A DNA stretch of 64,000 bases. Origin: Massalongia carnosa (lineage: Eukaryota). The notes under the pieces are model-generated. The model was given only the letters and a program-made list of their open reading frames with translations, searched no databases and was not told the DNA's origin. The stretch's first letter is position 1. Every line of letters starts with the position of its first letter. Of this stretch, positions 39,894-53,319 are shown in pieces. The translations under genes were made by a program, and so were the position numbers. The stretch spans positions 1,612,001 through 1,676,000 of the forward strand of contig OZ287078.1 in assembly GCA_965645245.1 (NCBI GenBank). The letters are read 5' to 3'.

Positions 39894-41714
39894 TTATGTC
39901 CTACCACTTCGACTGATGCGCATTTCTTTCATTCTATTCGTCTCCGGCTCTATCATTAAAGTCTTTTTTGGCGATGAATTTCCTCTCGATCTCTTCTTGA
40001 TAGGACTGGGCGAGAGAAGTATGATTGAATCTGAAGGCGGAGGAAGCATCGGAGGCCTTTGAAGAGCTTTCATGATGGGACTGCGTTGTTTTGACTCCAT
40101 GAATAAATCGGGACTGAGTTTGTTGAAAGATTTCACCAAAAGATTGAACTCTTTGGTCATTTGTTTATCAATCTTTTCCTTTTCTTTGCTAGCTAGTTTT
40201 TGCTCTCGTTCCTCGAGAACCTCCGAATTCATGATTCTAGCAGTACCATAATGTCCCTTCGCTCGATTTGCTCTCTCGTGTTTACGACGAGCAGCTACAA
40301 GAAGTTCTTCGTTTGTAATCCTGAGAAGATGACTGCTTGCCAACGCGGATTTGCAGGCCTTTCCAAGCTTGTCGAGAATCAATTGATTTGAATCATTGTC
40401 AGTCAATTGCTCCATCAAATTATTGACTTGATCAGCATTTGCTGGAGTAAATGCCACTGAAACAGAGACATCATTTGAATTCGTGACTGTCATTTTCGGA
40501 GGCGTAGAAGGATGAGGTGGACTAGGAAGTTTTTGAATAACTATAGCAAGATTGAATGGAAACAACCCACTTTTGGACCAGGCATGTTGAATATTTTGAG
40601 TGGATAAAGCTCTGTTTCGAACCTTTTGATAAAGAAGCAGAAAGTCTGATTTATCAATTGAATAACCAACTCCTAGTCTAGTATACTTCTCCAGTTCCAC
40701 CCTATAGGCCGTAGACAATGGATGAAAAACACCAACGTCTAAAGGCTGAAGCATGTCCGTTGAATGAGAAGGAAGACATAAAAGAATGATGTCTTTTTCC
40801 TTACAAAACTGAATCGCTTCTGAAGTAAGATGAGAAGCATGTCCATCGAGAATAAGAAGTCGAAAGCGACCTTTTAAACGTGTTCGTGTTTCCGGTTCAA
40901 AACACTGCTTTAACCAATCTAGACCGATTTCATTGTTTGTCCATCCATTCTCACTGAGAGCAATGTGACCACCTTCTTTGATAAATGAACGCCAGGCCTT
41001 TTGCTGTTGTTTACCTTTGAAAATAACCAATGGTTTAAGAACCGCTCCATCAGCAGATACACATTCGATCAGAGAAACCCATTCTCTATTACCGCATTGA
41101 GTCAATAATGCTGGTCGATCATGCTTAGAGCAAATTACTCTGAGCTTGCCCACTAATCCCATAGCAAATCCCTTCTTATCCATATTGTAGCAGTCCTCCT
41201 CATTGAATTTATATTGATTAAAATTCTTTGCGTACAGCTGAAACCATTGATTGAGCATTTCCGCATTATGCATTAAAGCTCTTTCCTTGTCCAATGGCTG
41301 ACAAAACACAGTATCCAACTCTTTATGACGGGATAAAAATTTGCTCACCCAATTGACACTTAAATCATTGCGATCGTCTCGCTTTATCAGCATTTCTAAC
41401 GCTATAAAGCGAAGTTGTATTACACGAGGAGGCCAGCCCCATGCCTCCATTTGTATTGTCCAGTCCACGAGAGCTGATTCCTCCTCCGGAAGTAATCGCT
41501 GCTGTAATAGAGCAGCTTCTTTATGAGTTTTCGTTTCTGTAAGTCGTCTGGTAAGGGTGGAATAAACGATACCATGCTGATAGGCGATTTTTCGAACAGA
41601 TGGCTTGTCTTCGAAAGCTTTGGGGCCGGCTTCCCAGTCATTAAATGACTCTCTACAAGCAGCAATAGCAAGCTGAATGCGCTCCTCTTTAGGCAGTTCG
41701 TCTACTGAGTTCAT
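39894..41714 (-). CDS. pogo/Fot1 transposase (HTH-psq, CENP-B HTH, DDE_1)
   Basis: QRLLPEEESALVDW, WVSKFLSRH, YNMDKKGF, NREWVSLIECVSADG, SENGWT, LILDGHASH, LPSHST..LQPLDVGVF; the D-D-D triad is present; 606 aa open. Confidence 0.93.
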   Translation of the reverse strand: MNSVDELPKEERIQLAIAACRESFNDWEAGPKAFEDKPSVRKIAYQHGIVYSTLTRRLTETKTHKEAALLQQRLLPEEESALVDWTIQMEAWGWPPRVIQLRFIALEMLIKRDDRNDLSVNWVSKFLSRHKELDTVFCQPLDKERALMHNAEMLNQWFQLYAKNFNQYKFNEEDCYNMDKKGFAMGLVGKLRVICSKHDRPALLTQCGNREWVSLIECVSADGAVLKPLVIFKGKQQQKAWRSFIKEGGHIALSENGWTNNEIGLDWLKQCFEPETRTRLKGRFRLLILDGHASHLTSEAIQFCKEKDIILLCLPSHSTDMLQPLDVGVFHPLSTAYRVELEKYTRLGVGYSIDKSDFLLLYQKVRNRALSTQNIQHAWSKSGLFPFNLAIVIQKLPSPPHPSTPPKMTVTNSNDVSVSVAFTPANADQVNNLMEQLTDNDSNQLILDKLGKACKSALASSHLLRITNEELLVAARRKHERANRAKGHYGTARIMNSEVLEEREQKLASKEKEKIDKQMTKEFNLLVKSFNKLSPDLFMESKQRSPIMKALQRPPMLPPPSDSIILLSPSPIKKRSRGNSSPKKTLMIEPETNRMKEMRISRSGRT

Positions 41715-42174
41715 AATGAATTAATTGAGTTGATAAGAGAGGGAGAAATGTAAAAAATTTGATGTACCGGAGTTAACGGATTTTAATGCGGGTGCTTACT
41801 AACTAGCGTGTTGCAAATGGGGTTGAATACTCCGTACGAGTATCACTAACTCTGGAAATGGAGATTGACGATTCTAGAACACGTGATGCGTGCGTTGGCA
41901 ATCGAATACCCATTCTACATCTACCATTTCTCAACCATCTACGAAATAAAAAAGCTAGGTAGGTATATCAACCCTGATAGTACACATCGCCAAATCCAAG
42001 TGTTAACACCCTTGCCCAATAAAGCAATCTCCCATCTCGCCACCTGTCCTTTCCGCCTCCCATCAAGCCAAGCCAAGCCAAGCCCAGAACTTATCGACGT
42101 CCTCACCGCCCTCCCCCAAAACCCTCATTCTCACCGACCCACCAACACCCTCACCGCCCAGCCCAACCCAGATC

Positions 42175-42771
42175 ATGGACCCAACCTTCACCCTCCTCCC
42201 CCTCCACATCGATCCCACCAGCAAAACCGTCACGTCCCCCCTCCCCACCCTCGACGCGGCCCTCGCAGCCCTAACAATCACCCACCGCCTCCTCCTCCCG
42301 CTCCCCGCCCAAACCCCGCCTCCCCCCCTCCCCACGAACCCCAAACGGAGCGCGCAGGTCCAAAAAATGCGCGACCAAGGCAACACCTCCCTGCGGCGCT
42401 CCACCCCGGCCGCCACCCAGGAGGCCATCCAGCTGTACACGTACGGGCTCGAAATGGCGCTGGGCCGCCCCGGGTGGGAGCCGGCCAGCCTGGCGCGCGA
42501 GGAGGCCAGCGCGCTGCTGGCCAACCGCGCCCAGGCCCATATGGCCGTGAGCATGTGGCCTGAGGGCGCCGCGGACGCGGCCAGCAGCGTGGAGCTGAAG
42601 AGGGGCGGGAATGGCAAGGCGTGGTGGAGGCGGGGCAAGTGTTTGGTGGAGATGGGCCGGTGGGAGGAGGCCGCGCGGTGGGTGGCCGAGGGCTTGGAGG
42701 TGGAGGGGAACGAGGGCGAGTTGGCGGGCTTGGGGAAGGAAATTGAGGTCCATTTGGCCGCTGGGAAGTAA
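42175..42771 (+). CDS. SEC72: Translocation protein Sec72 (TPR)
   Basis: TFTLLPLHIDPTSK, PPPPLPTNPKRSAQVQKMRDQGN, MALGRPGWEP, NRAQAHM, KAWWRRGKCL. Confidence 0.88.
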   Translation: MDPTFTLLPLHIDPTSKTVTSPLPTLDAALAALTITHRLLLPLPAQTPPPPLPTNPKRSAQVQKMRDQGNTSLRRSTPAATQEAIQLYTYGLEMALGRPGWEPASLAREEASALLANRAQAHMAVSMWPEGAADAASSVELKRGGNGKAWWRRGKCLVEMGRWEEAARWVAEGLEVEGNEGELAGLGKEIEVHLAAGK

Positions 42772-43456
42772 ACTTTCTTGAAGTATGTAGTTTTTAAACC
42801 TCGAATCGAATCCTTTCTTCCTGCACAAAACGGTCTCCAGCAATCAATTCAACCAATCCAACCAATAGATTCAACGAACCAAGCAATCAAGCAACCAAGC
42901 AGGCTCTTCCCTAATTTTCCATTTCACATTCGCCTAATTCCACCCATCCTGCCATGCCACCTCCTATCCGGGCAGCAGCAGCAGCCACCAACAGCAATAG
43001 CAATACCCAGCAGGAAGAGGAAGAAGACGGGTAAACCTATTCCTAGAGTTTCTTGGGCTTTGTTGGGGCAAGGGGGAGGGGGGGGGGGATGGCAGGCATG
43101 CAGATATGTGTATCATATCATATATCTGGCGGCTGGAACATGTACACACCCACAGTGAGGGAAGGGAGTGAAAAGCAGGTAGGCAAGTATACCCAAAGCG
43201 CTTTAATTCGCTACATGAATGCCATACCATACCATACTATATCATACATAGGTACCTCACTTACCCAGTAACATGATGGGAAGTTTCCTCCTTACCAGCT
43301 GACCTACCAAGGAGAATCCAATGCCCCAAATACTTCGAAAAAAAACGCCTTTTTTCCCACGCCGCTCCTGCTCCTGCTCTATCGCCGGAGTCTCGAAACG
43401 CGTGCTTCAGTGACAATAAACAATCGCTCAGTGATATAAAGAAAAGGTCTTCTGAT

Positions 43457-44553
43457 TTATCGGTGATACTCCGCTTCCGGAAAATTCACTCGTCCGCCAC
43501 CACCGTTGGGGCCATGGCTCAACGCCAAATCGTCCCGGAAGGGATCGCCACTACGGTAGGCAGTGCCCGCGTCGCCCGCATCGTAGACATTCTTTCGCAC
43601 AGGAGGCACATGTTCCTTGAACGGATTGTTGGCGGGGGCTTTCCGGGATAATCGATCATGGTTGTTGGTGCGTCCGCCGTGATAGCTCGTATCGGCATCA
43701 TGTAGAACCTGGCCCACGCCCGGTGCGCTAGGACTGTGTTCGCGGCCCCAACTCAGTGGGCGGCCCGGGTGGGTGCCGTCTTCGGTGTCCGTGTGCAGGA
43801 GCGCGTATTGGTCGTCATCGCGGCGCCGGGGCGGACGGGCGGTAGAATTATCTTCGAGGTCTTCGTCGAGGTCGTCGTGCGGGTTGGCTGAAAAGGCGTA
43901 TTTGGTTTGGTCATCTTCCACCGGGCCTGAGGCACGGGTGGGGCCAGGGAGAACTCCGGTCCGGCGGAAGTCAAGGAGGTTCTTTATTGAGATGCCGGTC
44001 GTCGCGATGAAGAGAAAGCTGAGCCAAGCGTGTTAAGGATGAAGTAAGTGAACATAAGTCGAGGGGGAGGAAGGCACATACAATATCAGAACACCTGTCC
44101 ATACCGTAGCTCTACTAAGTGTACATTTACTATCAGGGCCGTACGCAAATGCTGCGCAACCGCCCTTGCCTTTTCCTTTGACATCTCCCGCCTTAATGCC
44201 GGAGTTCGTCCATGCCGCCACCGCTATCAGAGCTGCGAACCAAAGAATGGTGAGCAATATGTCGACGATGGCAAAGGCATACGGATTTACGAATTTCCTG
44301 GTTCGTTCGAAGATTGGGACGGCTGTTTGATAGATGAGAGCAGGGATACAGAACAGGCACTATTTATTCTCTTATGAGCATTGGGAAATTTCCTTGCCTG
44401 GAGAATGCTTACCAGCGTGAAATAATATTTGCTTCGTCCATCCGTTTGGCCGGTCTTAGTGAAAACGGCGATTGTTAAGACCCAAGATATGAAGATGATC
44501 AGCGCCTGAAGTCCATGAATGGCGTTTTTCCCTCTTTGCAGGTTATTGCTCAT
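43457..44553 (-). CDS. MARVEL-domain membrane protein (3 exons)
   Basis: Four TM segments (IHGLQALIIFISWVLTIAVF; ILWFAALIAVAAW; C..F.YG...KC), then a cytoplasmic tail QTKYAFSANPHD; two introns. Confidence 0.75.
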
Positions 44554-45349
44554 GGCCGTGAATTCTGAAGGTTGGTTTCTGATAGGGAATTGATGCTGTA
44601 GTGCCAGCTGACTTCCAGTAGAGGTAAAGAACCGCGTTGAGCTCAAGAGCAGGTTTTCACATAAAAACGCTGCACACCCGAACTTCACCGGCAGAGCCTT
44701 AAGTTATAGTTCCAATGATATCTTTGCGAGGAACGTAGAAGGAACGTGTTCACTGGAGGTAAGATGTATGCAGAGGCAGAGACGGGAAAAGAGAAGAGGG
44801 TGATGAAGGACGAAAAGCATAGACAGTTCCTTCACTCTGTGCACTCTGTGTGTTGGAGGCCCGAGTTGACGCTTGTAGTCTTTGAGGTTCAGCGCGACGT
44901 CTCCCTCTCTCCCTGAAATCTGCACCAGGCAGTCCCAACTTGGAGGAGGCTTAAGCCGCGCCTTGAAGGGCTTCAGGGCCCGGGCCGGACTAACAAACTT
45001 CCTTTCCGTCGTACTCGCTGCCTCGCGCCAAAAATAGAACAGCCAAGTTTTCACCATAATAGAGGAGAGCTTGAGGGAGACTTATGTAGCAGATGTTCTG
45101 TACAAGCTATCATTGGGTACTATGACCCAGTCATTGTAAATATGGTCGCTGTAAGATAGTTATGTGACTAAATAGTGTATTCAACTGCTACATCGCCAAT
45201 TCATATGTAATGAAGGATGTACTCGCACGCATTTGCATCAAACGGGGAGATTGCACATATGTACGTATGGCGGAGGGTATCTGATGCAATGACCCTTCCA
45301 TCCAGAAAAGTGAGAAACACAAGTCAGCGGACTCAACCCCCATAGCTCG

Positions 45350-46465
45350 TCACCCTTTCTTAATATCCGGCAACGTACCCTGCTTTGTGGACAGGCCATT
45401 CTCATGCTGCTTGAGGTCTTCGGGCGACTCGTCAAACACCTCTTCTTCAGTCATGATTCTCCCAAGCCCCGTTGGCACAACATCACTCTCTGCAGGCTCT
45501 TTCAAGCTCCGGCTGGTATAGTCCCCAGGGCCTTTGCTGCCGTCGGGGACGAAGAATCTTGTGTCCACTCTGACCACAACATAAAGTATAATGACAACGT
45601 ACTCCAGCGTAAAGTTGAAAATGTAAAAGCATGCTTTGGAATAATACCACGCAGGATCATTTCGAGGTCGTGGGGTTTTGTAATTGATGCCCACGCGAAA
45701 CGCCGCGCCCAGCGTGAGAATCCCTGTGGTAAAAAGGAGAATACGTATTTTGGAGCGGAACCGCCCACTACCAAACTTCTCAATCCGTGTTTTCCGTGGA
45801 ATGACGAGGCCTCCGAGAACCAGAGGAAAGGGTAGGAAAGCGATGACACAATAAAATGTTTGCCCGTAGAGTTGAATATCGCGGTCGATACGCAAGGTAT
45901 TAGGATTCAAGGTGTAAAAGCTTTGCACCACGGCCGTAATAAGCATGATAAGGCTGACGACAATCAAAACGTAGATCGCGAGGAAGAACTTGGCGAAGAG
46001 CGGGTGCCATCCACTGTGTGGATGAGATGCTCGAATAATCCGCTGAGCGAAGATAAGATTGATGACAAACAAGAGAACCACTCCCGCCGCCACAAAAACC
46101 TGCGCCGCTATAGCGATTGGGATCTTCGTCGGTCTTTCTGCCCACACAATCCTCATCACGCAGGCGGTGATCCGCGCCATGCAGAAGCCAAACATCATCC
46201 CTGACATGATGAACTTGTGGCCTCGCCGCATATTCAGCTGAAAAATGGTCATGTGTGCAATCGCGCCGAGAATAAACAGGACGATGAAGACGGAGAGAAT
46301 GGGAACATCGACCTTGTTTGTGGGAACGAGGCCAAGACTGGCATGAGTAGGAGGGTAGGGAGCATGCAGCTGGTGCACAGAAGCCTGGGAGACTTGTCAA
46401 TGATGCGACGTACCCATATCTTAGCCATATTTACTCACCTGCCTTGCAACTAGGCCGCTCTCCAT
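45350..46465 (-). CDS. 7-TM integral membrane protein (DUF3112-like)
   Basis: PYPPTHASLG..P...DVPI, HMTIFQLN..RGHKF, FGFCMARI, NLIFAQRIIRASHPHSGWHP, PAWYYSKACFYIFNF; short first exon. Confidence 0.75.
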
Positions 46466-47870
46466 ATCTGGTCACCTTCGAATGGGTGCTATGAGTGGTG
46501 TAACGTGAAGCAGTTCGAAGACAGGAAGTACCGACTGGGAACACTTTATATACCAAACTCGAATAGAATGGGCCCTTATGGTCAAGGAGCCCTCCATGAC
46601 GATCCTAGCGCATGGCCGCCTATGAGTTGTAAATCAAGATCATTGCTTGAGCCGGCACACCCGGAACCCCCCGATTTCGGAGTTCCGTTACTTCCGCGAA
46701 TGAGTCGGAGTCTCCTCGGATTTAACAGCAGGATGAAGCTTATGCCGAGACACCGATGTCAGGTGACACCTAGAGTGACGTAAGTGATTAGATGAGGCAG
46801 GTACTGGCAAACAATCAACATTGACAAATTCGACGTCGATGATGGAAAGAAACGATGAAGAATTGGCCAGATAGTAAAGCAAGAAATTATGCGCCGAGTT
46901 TATCTAGGGGCATCTGTAATGCTCCCCGTAACAATGTCGACTCCCGGGCACCGTATAATCTTCAGCGCTCAGGAAGACGATTGGTTCATATGTTGGAGAG
47001 AAAGGAGTGACATCTAATGCAACCTTGCATCCAGTAGACTCATGTACAGATATCCTCACTGTGTAAACGAATCAGAGGTGAACCAAGCACAGCTGGAAAA
47101 TATGAAAATGAGGAAGAAGGAGATGACCACCGAAAAGCCTAAATCTATTTCCCTTGATCCTTTCGCTACCATGCAAAAATGGAAGGAAAAAGCAGTTTTG
47201 TACGGAGGCACGTGGGAGGTACATCCGGTGGACTATCCGTGCCCCACACTTTCGCTCGGTCGGTCGCTTACCGACCGAGCGAAAGTGTGGGGCAGGGATA
47301 ACTAGTTTGGGTCAAATGTAGTAGATGCTCGCTAATGATGATGAATGGCATAATATAAGTTAGGGTAACTCAAAAGGGAACCCTCAAAGTATTACATTGG
47401 GCTCACTAGAGAAACACGAGATTATCAAAGCCTCATCCTTGACCGTGCCATGGTGTCTCCGTCCCATGCCAGACTAGGCCCAGCCACGTTCACAGAGCCC
47501 ATGATTACCTGATTACAGCATATCATGAGGATACCACAATGCCTCTACCTCAAAATATGTGGACATCAAGAAGCTTGAGGCGCTGGATCCGGAATTATAT
47601 CAAAAAATGCAGTTATTCAAATGAGGTTCTGGAGTTAGATGCCAGATGTAAATGCGCTTTCTTGCAAGTAAAATCCCAGGAGAAAGTCTTCTTCTGAAAG
47701 CCTCTCGGCCGCAACGAACCTGCCAGACTCCGTCTAGCTATATCCATGACCATGAGTACGTTGCTTATGCCTCTCGGGCTTGAGTCAAGACGAAGCATCG
47801 TGCAAAGGCTTGTGACGAGAAGGGCATGCAAAAGGCTACATAGATTTAGAAGTATGAAGAAGATAGAACC

Positions 47871-47900
47871 GAAGAAGAAGAAGAAGAAGAAGAAGAAGAA
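47871..47900. repeat. (GAA)n microsatellite
   Basis: ~10 GAA units. Confidence 0.85.
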
Positions 47901-49880
47901 GCAGAAAAAGAGGGGGGGATACACTGAAACATCGCAACGGAAGCTCTGGAGTATTAGGTACTCTAGCCATGACTTGATTGGTTTTCATTGCATAGGTATG
48001 AGCTCGCTCCTTCTCTCGTTCCTGCTTTCTATACCTAGATATTGGAGGACTTTCTTATGCGATCGTGTATAAACGTTGCTGCTCGATGTGTTACTCAGCT
48101 AGAATTAGAGACTCCTCGGAAAATGCACGGTGTGTATCGGACTTTTCTTAAGCACTTCCAAAATCCAAGACAGGCTAGAAGAATACTAAATTTAGAAGCG
48201 TGGTTATTGCGCCTGCCTTTTGCAGGCTGTTTCCCTCGTTTTCAAGATACATTATCATCTACTACGTAACTCAGCGACCATAAATCTACTAATTCCATAC
48301 AAAACCATACCCCTAATCCAAACCCTTGTCTGTCACCCTACTTACTGTACTGATCTCCCCTCTATTTTCTTTTCACTTATTTCCTTACCACCCTGGGTTT
48401 AAATAAAGCCTTTACTCCAACTAATGTTAGATGAGACAGCCATCCTATGTGCCGTGCTAGACGGCAACATAACGGCTTGGGAATAACGTTTCAAGTGATC
48501 CGCACACGGCTAGCTAATGAGGTGGTACGGCAGGGAGATTCAAGGCAAACCTGCCCTGCCGCTGTGCCTGCTCTCTATCTTATTCATCTCTCATCTATCT
48601 AGCTATATAAACATAGTAGATAGCCACCTAGATAGGATAATCAATCCTTCCCACACATACTATTACCTACCTATTTAACTCAACAACTAAGACAAAGTTC
48701 GAGTCCTCCCTCATACCTTGCTCATCGAAAATTTCTTGCGGTAAACTCGCGACCATGCACATCAGGAGGTTCACAAAACTTCGACAGCCTTCTTCATCAA
48801 TATCTTCATATTGTACACTGCTAGACACCTTGCCAACACCTTAGGACTATGTCTTCCGCTACCTGCTTGCATATCTGCAAGGTCTATTATTTGCCTGACT
48901 TGCTGCTCCCATTCTTGCCTGCGTCTCTATATATATATTCCCAATGCCATTGCCGCCTATCCCAAGATCTTCAATTTCGCAGAACATCTTACCAAACTTT
49001 CCAAGAAGAGTTACTTCAGAAATTAAAATCTCCCCCCCCCCAACCTATGCAGTCTTCCTTTTTAAACTCCCTCCAAGTTTTTATTGCAAGTCACGCATTC
49101 ACCTTTCTGATTTCTCAGAGTGGAAATCTCCTTTTTTGAGTTCTTGCTTTCTCTCTGCTGCTACAGCTGCTGCAAAAGGCGCCCTCCCCCTCCCCCTCGG
49201 CATCACTGGGGTGGGGTGATTTTTATGACGACAGAAAAACCTACCTTGTATTCTTAAACTTAACGACCCCTTAAACCATAAAAGATTTAAAAATCTGTCG
49301 TTGGAAGAAAAACTAATCAGCAGTCTACGACTCATTTTTTTTTTTTTTTGGCATTTCATTATGATGTTTTTTGTGGATTTTTTGGGAATTTTTTTCCTCT
49401 TCTTTTTATAAATAGTTTCTCTCCCCACAGCAGAGTAGACAGGTAGATTGATAGGTATGTAGATAGTTCCTGGATAGAGGCTATTTTCCCATCAAGTATC
49501 TGGGTAAATACAAGGCAAGGTCCTGTTAAGAAATCCTTGAAACACGATTCCTTTTTTTATATTGTTATTGAGGAACCTTAATTTTCGGTTACTTTTGCTC
49601 CTATTTCTAATCCCTACTACCTAAATTCTCTCTCTCTTCTCCCTTTCCCATTCCTACATAGGTACTCCCTTCTCCTTCATCGTCATCCTCCCTTTCACTC
49701 CTTTCATTCCAATCAAACCTCTAACCCGAACCCCCCCCCCCTTCTTTCCTACTCTCTTTCTTTCTTTCTCCACCTATCCATTACACATCTTTCTTCCTTT
49801 TTCCCCTTCCCCCAATCCATCCCTCGAAGCTCGAACGTATGTATTAATATAAAAAAAATCAAACCGAATATATTGGACAT

Positions 49881-49912
<32 letters not shown>

Positions 49913-50503
49913 ACAAAAACCAGATAGGCAGGAACCTCGGATAGTAGACGGGAAGGACCGAAGACAGGGGAAAACTAGATAAGATGAATATAGATGGGGA
50001 AGAGATGGTGATGATTATATAGGAAAGGGACATGTATATATATGTTTTATAGGAGGGAGAAGAAGGAGAAGAGGAAGAAAGCGGAAGAGAAAAGGCGATG
50101 AACGGATCGATCGGAACAAATGCTTGATCAATGGAAGGGAATTAACTAAATGCTCATGCCATGACCGGATACTTAGTTGATGACTGGGGTTAGGATGAGT
50201 TAAATAAAACGCACATACATGGGATATATAAGTAGGTAGGTAGATATTAGGATGAATCGGAATCGTCTGGTTTATCAAGCAAGATACGTAAAGAACATTG
50301 GAGGGGAAGGAGGGGGGGATTATTGACTGTTTCGTTTCCTATAAAATGAGATGGGGATGATGGACGCCAGCTGCAAGTAAGCAAACCAACAAGTCCAGAA
50401 GATTGGGAGCATGGCAGAGAAGTTCGTCGATTTCGCCTTCTTCTTCCCCTTTCATTCCACGCTCCAGCATTTTAAAGACCAAAAGACGACCTAACCTTCC
50501 CCA

Positions 50504-52761
50504 TCAAGCTACTCGACTCGTCTGATCTGCTGCTGCAGCTTCCACCGCCTCCTTTCCTTGCGCTTTCCCACTCGGCGTCACGCACCAACTCGGCCGTACG
50601 TCTAGCGCCGGGTTCCTCGCGAAGAAATGCCGCGGGCGCAAATACAGCGTCAGCGGCTCAGCGGGCATGAGCGGGAAATCCTCGGGGGACGGAAAATGGG
50701 TGAGGCCGAAGGTGTGCCAGAGCACGAGGTCGGTATTGGTGATGTTTTCGTCGCCGTGCTTGGCGATCCATTCGGGCAGGCCTAGGGAGGGTTCGCCGGA
50801 GGTTTGCGGTACGTGCCGGCCGGCGGGGTAGAGCTGGTCGTCATGGTCTGTGGCGGGGGCGAAGGGGCGATTGGGCGGGTTAGTAGAAATTATTAGGAGT
50901 GGGGACGAGAGATATAACTGGACTGAAATTGCTGGGAAGGGGGGAAGGGACACGTACATTTTGTCACGTGAATGGCGTGTCGTGCAAACCCGGCCCGTTT
51001 CCACACTAAGCCTCCTTCTTTCGGCAGCAAGGTAGGGACGTCCCGACTGACGAGCTTGTAGCTGACCGGCTGATGGCTGTATGGGTTGAGTTTGTTAGTG
51101 TTTGCGATATCCCAAGTCCGGCTGGAGCTTCCGTCGTAGTCGGCCATGGCCTCTTTCGGAGTGTTATATTTCGTTTTGTGCGAATAAAATGCGTTTCCAT
51201 AGCGGTTTTCTGTGCTGCCTATAGGGCTGGGGCTAGCCCTGGCGTCGACTTGGAAGATGGTGTTCTGGGGACCGTCGATGTTCGGGTTCACGCGCAGACA
51301 GAAAAGATGTTGATGGTTGTGTGCGTTGACCCCGGGGTACACCTCGGTGCCCCATCCCTTGGTGTTTTCGCCAGGGTTTAGGGCGTAGGTGTTCAAGATG
51401 CCGGTTAATTTCAACTCAAGCTGGACAGTCCCATCTTGATGAAAAATCCAATAGACGCAGTAATCGTAGTTCGCGGCGGTGAAGATGTGAGAGATAAGCA
51501 GCTTCCGGCCACGGGTGACGATGGCGGAATCGTCTCGAAAGTCGGTGTGTTTGAACAAGATTCCGGCGTCTTCTTCGTGAATGCAGATGGCATTTTTGAT
51601 GGTCTCGCTCGCTCCGGCGCGGTTCACAAAGGCCGCGTCTAGATAGTGAATCGCCCCTTTGCAGTCACATCCCAGCGCCAGGCTATTAGTCATGTAGCCT
51701 CCGCCGTACTCGCCGAGGTCGAAGGCATGCTTCCTTTGATGTGGATGTTCTGGGTTCCCATATGGGACCACCATCTCGGCGAGCGAAAGACGGTAGAAGA
51801 TGCCTCTCTCGTTACCTTTGTCTTTATATGTGATGTTGTTTAATACAATGCCTTCGCGGTAGTTGAACCCGACATGGACCTTCCAATTCTGCCATTCCAC
51901 CACCCTTCCATCGACCGTGAACGAAACACCTTCCGGTTGGGTAATATAGATAGGTTTCAAGTCATTCCTATAGCCACCCTCCGCTTCGATCGCGGTGGCA
52001 TGATAGTTAGAAACCGGGGCTTCGTTGATAGGCCTCCGGACGGCAGGAATATCGATATGAATGATTTCCTGCGTGTCGGCATTGAAAATCGGAGTGAAGT
52101 CCAAGGGGAATGTGTACTGGCAGTCATCGATGTGGGCTCGATAATACATGAGAGCTTGTTGTAACCGGACCTTGTTGCCGTACCTTTCATCAAAGCCTAT
52201 CGTCCAAGCTATCCAAGAATCAGCCCTGAGTAGGTTTTCCAGCTTATACTCTGTACATACCATCACAATAAACCTTGTGCATATCCTCTTTCGCTATCCC
52301 GCTGATAATGCACTGTTCAATGACTTTTGGATCAGCCCGAACAACATGCTCCACTGCTTGAAGATCTTCCATCGTAACCTTGTTCGTCATTAGCCGCAGT
52401 TCCTAGGTGGCGGAGACACTCATACAATAGGCTGAACTCCCTCCATATACTCCCACTTGACGATTCTCCCTTCGTCCAGATCCACCAGCCCATCGTACAC
52501 TTTGCTCCCCCGCGTAGTAGCCACCACGTCAGCCACGCGCGGTGGCCGGGGTTTATGGTCTGGATCGGCAAGCCAGGCAAGCATCTCCGCTTTTCGCGGC
52601 TCCCACGTGGTGACGGCGTTGTAGTAGAGCGATCCGTATTCTTGCCGCACGAGAGCAACTGCTTTCTCAATTTCGGAAGGGGATAAAGGGTCGAACGGGT
52701 GAGGCGGGGGAGCTGTACCCACGAGTTGCTGGGCCACTTGCTTGAGACGGTCGAGCGCCAT
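50504..52761 (-). CDS. AMO1: Copper-containing primary amine oxidase (peroxisomal AMO-like)
   Basis: HPFDPLS, RLSLAEMVVPYG, AFDLGEYG, LGCDCKG, TPQ consensus ANYDY, Cu ligands HQH and THFP, EDFPLMP; three introns. Confidence 0.92.
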
Positions 52762-52782
52762 TATGAGGACAACTCAATTCGA

Positions 52783-52828
52783 TTGAGCAAGATATCAAAC
52801 CTAGCTTGAGCAAGATATCAAACCTAGC
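52783..52828. repeat. 23-bp tandem duplication upstream of the amine oxidase ATG
   Basis: TTGAGCAAGATATCAAACCTAGC x2. Confidence 0.85.
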
Positions 52829-53319
52829 TAAAGTATAGACACGCGAAGAGAAATGATGACAATTACAGAAGAATTTTAGCTATAGATGAATATCGAGAGA
52901 TTTAAATGCTGCCAACGAAATTTTAAAAAGAGTAAAAGCAATGAAGAAAAAGCAGCAGATCAGACCGAGATATATACTTATCATCGATAAGTGCTCGGGA
53001 TAGTTTTGCCGAATCTGGCAGACTCTCCGGTCAGCATATTCTTGAGGGGCCAAGAAGTTTGTGACGTAGGATATACAAAGTTCAAAAGATGCATATCTAA
53101 CGGCTTTTTGAGGCTCAAAGGTACAAAATCGGTCAAGTGAAAGAGTTTCTTCATAGCTAATCCTCTGATAACCATCCTGCTCAAGACTCCCGCTAATATG
53201 CAGATAAAGTAATCTTTCCCGAGATCACCGAGATGACAACGCCGCAATATGTCCTTGATTACCAGGTGCATGTCTATAAGGTATAGCAGAGCTTACGACG
53301 ACGGGGAAAAAACACATCG

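Larger units (their letters stand above)
39163..41840 (-). mobile_element. pogo/Fot1-type (Tc1/mariner superfamily) DNA transposon
   Basis: TIR core ACCCCATTTGCAACACGCTAGTTAGTA at 39172-39198 and inverted at ~41797-41823; outer CTCGTAC ends flanked by TA (39161-2, 41841-2); encodes a transposase. Confidence 0.88.
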
